Below, one piece after another: positions 53,124-64,000 of a stretch of 64,000 nucleotides of DNA. Origin of the DNA: Octopus vulgaris (Eukaryota). Position numbers and translations under genes: made by a program. How positions within the stretch are numbered: the stretch's first letter is position 1; the number at the start of each line of letters is the position of its first letter. The notes beneath the pieces were generated by a model, which was given only the letters and a program-made list of their open reading frames with translations, was not told the DNA's origin and ran no database searches. The stretch lies in the NCBI GenBank assembly GCA_951406725.2, contig OX597827.1, positions 31,062,001-31,126,000 of the forward strand. The letters run 5' to 3'.

Positions 53124-53301
53124 TTTAAAAAATTTCTTTTTAATGAGTGATTGACAGACAAAAACAGACAGACAGGTGTTGTTATGTATGTATGTATGTA
53201 TGTATGTTTGAATGGCTTCAGTCACACACACACACACACTCACACGAGCATTTATGCATACAAAACAGATGCATGCAATGTGTGTTGACCGTATATATAT
53301 A

Positions 53302-56055
53302 CGGGATGCAGGGTTGCTCTTAGATACAAAGACCCTCCCGGGTGAAGAATGTACCCCTCAGCATAGGCTAATCATTAGTGACTTTAGGCTTGAGGCCAGA
53401 AGGATTCCAAGAAACAGACCAATCCAGAAAAGAAGGATTTGGAAGCTAAAGAACCCTTCACATGGTCAGAGATTTAGGGACATCCTCATCAAGAAATTTG
53501 ATGAGAGGAGGAGGAGCTACAGACGTCGGACATAGAAGGTAGCTGGAAATTCCTACGGGACAGCTTGCTGAGTGCCACAGACCAAGTCTGTGGATGGTGC
53601 AAAGTCTCTTCCAGACCTAGAGTTACGTGGTGGTGGAATAGTACAGTAGACAAAGCCATTAGTGCAAAGAAACAGGCCTGGAGGGGTGGGGGTAGCAAGG
53701 AACTGTACCAAGTAGCCAAAAGGGAGGCTGGGCGGCAGGTATACATAGCCAAAGATGTAGCAGAAAAGAAGAAGTTTGCCAATGTCCAGCGATGTGAGGA
53801 CCAAAGAACTGAGGTATTTCGGATTGCTAGACAGTGTGTGAGAGAAAATAGTGATGTTACAGGAGAGAAATGTGTCTGCATGGATGATGGGGCACTTGCT
53901 TTTAATGATGGTGAAAAGAAAGAGGCTTGGAGAAACCATTATGAAAGACTGCTGAATGTGGAGAATGAATGGGAGGAGGAGAGCCTGCCAAATGTTGACC
54001 CAGTAGAGGGACCAGTTATCCGAATAGACAGCTCCCTTGTAGTTAAGGCAATTAAGAGTATGAAACCAGGTGAAGCCCCTGGCCCATTAGGAATCACTGC
54101 TGAGATGCTTAAAACAGCTGGTTATGTGGGCTATGGCCTAGTCACCCGCATTGTAAACCAGGTAGTTCAGCACCGTAGTTCAGCGTAGCAGCACCATAGT
54201 CAACTGCTACAAGGGTAAGGGTGATGCTCTAGATAGAAATAACTACAGGAGTATTAAACTGTTGGATCAGGTGATGAAGGTCACAGAGAGGGTCATAACC
54301 CATCTCATTAGGGAGAGAATTTGCTTAGATGAGATGCAGTTCGGTTTTGTGCCGGGTAGAAGCTCCACTGATGCTATATTCCTGGTTCAACAACTGCAGG
54401 AGAAGTACCTAGCTAAAGAAAAACCCCTCTATGTAGCTTTTGTGGACTTGGAGAAAGCCTTTGACAGGGTTCCCCGATCCCTTATCTGGTGGTCGATGCG
54501 GAAACTGGAGATTGACGAATGGCTAATAAGGGCTGTACAGGCCCTATACAGAGAGGCTGTCAGCAAGGTTAGGATTGGCAACGAATATAGTGAAGAATTC
54601 CGTGTAGAAGTAGGTGTACACCAAGGCTCAGCCCTCAGTCCCCTTTTATTCATCATAGTCCTCCAGGCAATAACAGAGGAATTCAAAACAGGTTGCCTCT
54701 GGGAGCTCCTCTATGCTGATGACCTGGCTCTCATAGCAGAATCACTACCGGAACTAGAAAAGAAATTTTGGGTGTGGAAGCAAGGGTTAGAATCAAAAGG
54801 CCTTAGAGTAAATGTAGCAAAGACCAAAGTTATAGTAAGCAGAAAGGCGAACTCAGCACACACACCCCTCGGGCAGGTGGCCCTGCTCGATCTGTAGGAA
54901 AGGTGTAAGTAGAAACTCCATAAGATGTACCCAGTGTAAGCTATGGACGCATAAGAGGTGCAGCAATATCAAAGGGAAATTAACTGATAAGATAGCTTTC
55001 ATGTGCGGCAGATGCACAGGGACAATAGACACCACAGATACCCAGAAAACAGATTCCATCACACTCCAGGGGGAGAAACTAGAAGTAGTTGATAGTTTCT
55101 GCTACCTGGGTGACCAAGTTAGTGGTGGAGGTGGATGCTCAGAGAGTGTCATCACTAGAATACGAATAGCCTGGGCGAAGTTTAGAAAGCTCCTACCCCT
55201 ACTGGCGACAAAGGGTCTCTCGCTCAGAGTGAAAGGTAGATTGTATGACGCATGTGTGCGAACTGCCATGCTTCACGGTAGTGAAACATGGGCTGTGACT
55301 GCAGAGGACATGCGTAGACTTGAAAGAAATGAAGCTAGCAGGATTCGCTGGATGTGTAATGTCAGTGTGCATGCATGACAGAGGGTAAGCACCCTGAGAG
55401 AAATGCTGGACATAAGAAGCATCAGATGTGGTGTGCAAGAGCGACGCTTGCGATGGTATGGTCATGTACTGCGGATGGATGAGGAGAGATGTGTGAAGAC
55501 GTGCCGCTCCCAAACAGTTGAAGATATCAGGGGGAGAGGTAGACCTAGGAAGACATGGGATGAGGTAGTCAAGCATGACCTCAGAGCGTTGGGCCTCACA
55601 GAGGCAATGACGAAGGACCGAGATCTCTGGAGATACACTGTGACTGCAAATACCCGGGCTGCTTCCTGCACCAGTTCCGCATAGCCCCTCCCCATTCAAA
55701 GTACCTTGGATTTCAGAACATCCCGCTGTGCTTGAGGAGACCTATTGAGTCAAGTACATGAACATCGAAAAAAATATCAATGGAATAGTAGTTGTGATAC
55801 CTGTGCCGGTGGCACGTTAAAAGCACCAACTGATTGTGGCCGCTGCCAGACTCCCCTGGCACCTGTGCCGGTGGCACGTAAAAAGCACCCACTACACTTT
55901 CAGAGTGGTTGGCATTAGGAAGGGCATCCAGCTGTAGAAACACTGCCAGATCAGACTGGAGCCTGGTGCAGCCCCTGGCTTCCCAGACTCTGGTCGAACC
56001 GTCCAACCCGTGCTAGCGCGGGAAAACGGATGTTAAACGATGATGATGATGATGA
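53302..56055 (+). mobile_element. 5'-truncated RTE-clade LINE with frameshifted RT and (GAT)n-terminated 3' UTR
   Basis: End of APE (QHRLIISDF), QFGFVPGRSSTDAIF, FVDLEKAFDRV, GVHQGSALSPLLF, LLYADDL, YLG, HGSETW, RLRWYGHVLR, RGRGRPRKTW. Confidence 0.93.
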
Positions 56056-56194
56056 TATAAAGCTGAAGTTGTCTGTGTATAGCATGTATGGTAGCCTTCA
56101 ACTAACACTATCTCCTCTGAGACCCTGTGGTGCAAGTTTACCAAATTTGAGAGTATGATAGAAGAAGGCTTGCTCTTCCTTCTGTTGAAGAAAA

Positions 56195-56411
56195 AATTCA
56201 AATCGGACCATGTTAACACCAAAAATTATTTACATCAAAAAGGTGCTTTTTTTCTATGGAAATCCCTATTTTTTGACTGCTGTGTCGCCATTTTTCAGTG
56301 TATTTCAACCAGAAAAATGTTCACTTAAAGAGAATAACAAGCTACATAATGCAAAATTTAAATATATAAAGAGTCGAAACAAACCCGAGCAAGGCCAGGC
56401 GATACTACTAG
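56195..56411 (+). mobile_element. Helitron 3' end (a matching 5' end may lie at 52799)
   Basis: AAACCCGAGCAAGGCCAGGCGATACTACTAG-T, same family as the 23760 end. Confidence 0.65.
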
Positions 56412-57116
56412 TATTATAACAATTGGCAAAAGACAAAACTGTCCATTAGACAAAAAACAAAAAGCAAACCCAAGCAGGTATGCACACATGAAAGAGAGAC
56501 TAATGTTCCAGGAACATGAAAGGTTCAATACCATGTTTGTCATCATCATCATCATTATCACTATCATCATAGTTTAATGTCCATTTTCCATGTGTGCATG
56601 GGTTGGATGGTTTGACAGGAGCCTGGTCAACTGAAGAGCTGTCCAGATTCCATGTCTATTTAGGCCTGGTTTCTATGGCTGGATGCTCTTCCTAAAACCA
56701 ACCACTTTACAGAGTGTGCTGAGTGTGTGCTTTTACATAGCACCAGCTTGGGTGTATTTATGGGGCACCAGCTCCCACCGGCCCACAAGATTAGGAATGC
56801 TCAGCTGGAGAGAGATGCAGGGAACAAGCCAGTATGCAAGGACCACCACGTTTTTACTTAGCTTGGCGTGATTTCTCATGTATTAAAATGTTAAACTGCT
56901 ACAAAAAAACCCCCATTAGTTGTCTTATCCCTAACAACCACCACCACTGCCAGCACCACCACCATCCACCACCACCATCCACCACCAATCACCACCACCA
57001 CCACCGCCATCCACCACCATCAACCACACTGCCACCACCCACCATCATCCACCACCACCACCACTTTCTAACCCCTCCCCGTCCCATCACCAAAAAGAAG
57101 AAAAACAATGACCTAC

Positions 57117-57313
57117 CTCAGCCAGGGACATTTCACTGAGTAACCCTAATCCGGAAGTCTCTGTGGTGTCAAACAGCTTGGTGTTGTGATACTGTTGTGT
57201 GGCCGTCAACACACGGATGCGATCGATGATCTCAAGTCTCTTCTCCATCTCTATTGTAGCATTCTCCAGGGCAGCTGCATTCAGCTCTTGTTTGCCTCGC
57301 TGCACATCCTGCA
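57117..57313 (-). CDS. CFAP99: Host gene exon, cilia/flagella-associated protein 99-like (VQDVQRGKQEL...KLFDTTETSGLGLLSEMSLAE)
   Basis: Long pyrimidine tract with CTGCAG acceptor, GAG|GTAGGT donor. The motif K.FD.TET.G.GLL.EMS..EL.ERL was recognised from memory as CFAP99, not by search. Confidence 0.82.
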
Positions 57314-57462
57314 CTGCAGAGAAGAAAGAACAGAAAGAAAAAAATTTGAAGAAACGGAGAGAAAGACAAAAGGGACGAGCAGAAGAGAAAGAAGAGAACC
57401 AAAAAAAAAAAAAACTAAAAAAAGAATAAAGACCAGATGAAATGCAATGATTAAACTGCAGA

Positions 57463-57760
57463 GATGGTGATGGTGGAGGAGGTGATGATGGTGGTGGTGG
57501 AAGTGATGAAGGTGAAGATGATAGTAGTAGACTAGGTGATGATGGTGGTGGTAGAAGAGGTGATTGTGGTGGTGATGGTGGAGGTGATGGTGGAGGTGGA
57601 GGTGATGGTGGTGGTGGAGGTGATGATGGTGGTGGAGGTGATGATGGTAGTGGCAGAAGAGGTGATGGTGGAGGTGATGGTGGAGGTGATGGTAGTGGAG
57701 GAGGTGGTTAGGGTAATGTTTAGTGGTGGAGATGTCAGTGATGGTGGTTTTAGTGGTGTA
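57463..57760. repeat. (GGT/GAT)n trinucleotide low-complexity tract; similar tracts at 47710-47836, 52015-52262, 56935-57064
   Basis: Direct inspection. Confidence 0.9.
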
Positions 57761-59065
57761 GGGTGAAAATGAAGACACATAGCTTAGTGGTTAGCGTAAT
57801 CAGCTCATGATTGTAAAGTTGTGAGTTCAATTCCTGGTGATGCATTGTGTTCTTGAGCAAGACACTTTATTCCATGTTACTCCAGTCAACTCAGCTGACA
57901 AAAATTAGTTGTACCTGTAATTCAAAGGGGGTCAGCTATGTTGCATTCTGTGTCAAGCTGAATCTCCCTGAGAACTACATTAACATTATATGCATCTGTG
58001 GAATACTCAGCCACTTACATGTTAATTTCACAAGCAAGCTGTTCCATTGATCGGATCAACTGGAACCTTTGTCATCATAATCAACAATGGACCAGTGGGG
58101 TGATAGTAGGTGTGGTTGAGAAGCATGGGTCATCGTCAGTGTCACCTGACTGGCTCCCTGTACCGGTGGCACATAAAAAGCACCATCTAAAGGTAGTCGA
58201 TGCCAGCCCCCCACCTCCCTGACTGGCTCCTGTGCTGGTAACACATATAAAAGCACCAACCATCCGAACATGGCCACTGGCACAGTGCCACCTGACTGGC
58301 TCCTGTGCCAGTGGCGCATAAAAAGCACCCAGTACACTTTCGGAGTGGTTGGCGTTAGGAAGGGCATCCAGCTGTAGAAACACTGCCAGATCAGATTGGC
58401 GCCTGATGCAGCCTCCTGGCTCGCCAGTCCTCAGTCAAACCATCTAACCCATGCCAGCATGGAAAGCAGACGTTAAACAATGATGATGATGATGATGAGT
58501 ATCCACATGAAATTTTTTTGATTGAGACACAAGGCCAGCAATTTTAGAGGGTGGTGGTGGTGGTAGTGGGGGTTAGTTGTACCCTTTCCCCAATACATGA
58601 CTGGTATTTTATGTTATCTACCCTGAAGTAATGAAAGGCAAAGTCAACCTTAGCAGGTAAAGAGTAGGTTGAGCCATCACTTTTCTGCATTGAGAGGTCA
58701 CAGCTTAGGTACTATGAAATATGGGTTAGAATGCCACAGGAAAGGGTCGCAAGATGGATTCTTCAAGCTGAGCCAAGTGGCAGGAGACCTAAGAGGAGAC
58801 CAAGAACAAGATGCTTGGACAATATCTAATGATCTCTGCTGGTCATGCTAAGGAATCCAGAAGGACAGTTTATTCTTTTATTCGTTTCAGTCATTTGACT
58901 GCGGCCATGCTGGAGCACCAAATTGAGCAAATTGACCCCAGGACTTATTCTTTGTAAGCTTAGTACTTATTCTATCGGTCTCTTTTTGCTGAACCACTAA
59001 GTTACGGGGACGTAAACACCAGCATCAGTTGTCATCGATATTGGGAGGACAAACACAGACAAAAA

Positions 59066-59220
<155 letters not shown>

Positions 59221-61801
59221 ACAGGCTTCTTTCAGTTTCCGTCTACCAAATCCACTCACAAGGCCTTTGGTCAGCCCGAGGCTATAGTAGAAGACACTTG
59301 CCTAAGTTGTCACACAGTGGGACTGAACTCGGAACCATGTGGTTGGTAAGCAAGCTACTTACCACACAGTCACTCCTGCGCCTATGTTTAATAACAGTTG
59401 ATTCTGATAGGACCTTACAAAAGAAGGACATGAGGACTCTACTCACCCAATCTTCACAGGAACAGTGGGCAATGAAAATGAATGGATGGTTCTTTTCCGA
59501 TGTTCAACCGATTCTGCTAACATTCTGCCTTATAATGCTACCATTTCTATTTAAGTTTCATAAAGAAAGTTGCAAATTCCAGCTCTGATTAAACATGATC
59601 CAACAATGACCACCCCACCTTTTATTCAGTTATAGCTATCAAAAATGTCCTTCATTGTTTAGCTCTCACATCAGCTCTGACTGAGCAGACCTATGATCAA
59701 AGATGTTCCAGCCATGACCATCCTGTCTTTAATCTGGATAAAGTGTATTCAGTTGTTTAACCTCAGGTCCTAACGCCAACCACTCCGTGAGTGTAGTGGG
59801 TGCTTTTTACGTGCCACCGGCACAGGTGCCAGATGAGGCTGGCAAACGGCCACAATCAGATGGTGCTTTTTATGTGCTACCGGCACGGGGGCCAGGCAAG
59901 GCTGGCAAAGAGTAAAAACTCCCTTTGGTCATGAATGACCATGGGATTGTACTTAGAAAGTTACCCTCCAAGGCACAAGCCCAGGCAAGGTTGTTTGTGG
60001 AAGACCAGCAGTCGCTCATGCATACCAGCCTCACTTCTCCACACCACTGATGTTATCCAAGGGAAAGTCAAAGGCTGATGCAGCCTTGGCACCAGTGACA
60101 TCGCAACTCATTTCCACAGCTGAGTGAACTAGAGAAATGTGAAAATAAAGCATCTTGCTCAAGAACACAACACACAGAACAGTCCAGAAATCGTACTTAC
60201 TATCTCATGATTGTGAGTTCGATGCTTTAATATATATACATATTACACACACACAACAAAATTCTATACAGTTTTTACCAAGAAAATCTACTTTCTCATG
60301 CCTGCATGGGTCTGACAAAATTCACTGATGCAGATTTCCTACAACCAGACATCCTTCCTGTCATTAACCCTCACATGTTTCCAAGCAACATATTTTCCAT
60401 GGCCAGACACATTTATCATGGAGGACTGGAAAATATCATTGCTTGTATGATCACAATGCTCATTTACAACTATCATGTTTAGACAAAGGTACACACGCAT
60501 ACGATGGGCTTCCTCCAGTTTCTGTCTACCAAATCCAATTTACAAGGTTCTGATTATCCTAGGACTACAATAGAAGGTGCCATGCAGTGGGGACTTAACC
60601 AGAGTCCAGTTTCTGAGGAGCAAGCTTCTCAACTACACAACCACACCAATATTCTCTTCAAGAATATTTGTAATTTTTTTATAATACCTATTGGGATTCA
60701 AATATTTTTAAATGAAATTTTTATACTTTCTGTGTCTCATGAAAATAACTGTGTTCTTTTGGTGTGGAAGCACCAGTAAAGCTTTCATTATGTTCACTGC
60801 TCATTTAGACTGGCCTTCAATGGAAGGCTACCAATATATCACTGGTATTTTCCTAGCTCCAGAATAATGAAATACCAAACCGATGTCCACTAAAATTTAA
60901 ACTCCATAGAGAGAAAGGTGAAAAAAAACCCCACTACAAAGCATTTAGTACAGAGCTCATTGTTTTGGTTATGTTCAGGAGAACTGAACCAGGAAGATGC
61001 TCAGTACCAACCCACTAAATCCATTAATCCACTTCAGAACATAACAATACTCATGGTCCAGTTATCATCATCATCGTTTAAGATCCATTTTCCATGCTGG
61101 CATGAGTTGGATGGTTTGACAGAAACTAGCTAGACCAGGGGCTGCACCAGGTTCCATATTCTGTTTTGGCTTGGATTTTACAGCTGGATGCCTTTCCTAA
61201 ATGCCAACCACTTTACAGAGTGTACTGAGAGCTTTGTATGTGGCACCAGCACCCACATCAATGCTTTTTACGTAGCACCTTGTTTTCAAGATCTCAATTC
61301 TGTTGTGGTGGGTGGGTCTGAGCTCTGTACTAAATGCCCTTATAGTGCTCAGTTTCATCTCTTTCTGTTTGGAGTCCAAATAATCTTATTGGGGATTGAT
61401 TTTGCATTTCATCATTCTGGAGCCAAGAAAGTCAGTACCAGTGATACATTGGTATAAATGAATATCCCTTTAACCCTGTTGTTATCTTTTTTTTTATTAT
61501 TAAAAAAAAAAAATTGTTTCAATTAATTTTAAAAGTAATAAAGAATTTAGTAAAATAACTTGTAATTATTAAGCTGGCGTTTGGAAAATTAATATGATAT
61601 TTTTGATTTAGACGATTTTAACCCTTTAGCATTCAAACCGGCCATATCTGGCCAAAATATTTAACCTGTTTTATATTGAAACTGACCAGATCTCGCATCT
61701 CACCTCAGCCCTACCATGTCATTCTAAAACTAAAAAATCACATCACTAAAATCTCTAAACAATAAAGATAATGCATGATTAATTCAAATCAATATAACTA
61801 A

Positions 61802-64000
<2,199 letters not shown>

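Overview
AT-rich, repeat-dense animal genomic DNA. The SINE/RTE families, huge (TA)n/(CA)n/(TAA)n tracts and long introns suggest a cephalopod such as Octopus, which is an inference. The only host gene is on the minus strand: four phase-consistent GT-AG exons (57313-57117, 51604-51521, 44343-44264, 41792-41627) encode a coiled-coil C-terminal region resembling CFAP99, and its last exon is uncertain. The rest is mostly transposon-derived: Penelope-like elements (PLEs; RT and GIY-YIG), an RTE LINE and many copies of its 3' tail, an R4/Dong-like LINE in (TAA)n, a decayed Gypsy LTR element, Helitrons, Tc1/mariner remnants, MITEs and tRNA-derived SINEs. The ORF track misses the main signal. About 15 short-stem-III type I hammerhead ribozyme motifs, intact or decayed, lie in PLE pseudo-LTRs and in asymmetric fold-back inserts within (TA)n. 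They include a family with a swapped G3-C8 core and a tRNA-headed SINE that carries a hammerhead and shows a PLE-type inverted end. That SINE is a candidate Penelope-mobilised ribozyme SINE. All structures were read by eye; no searches or folding programs were run.
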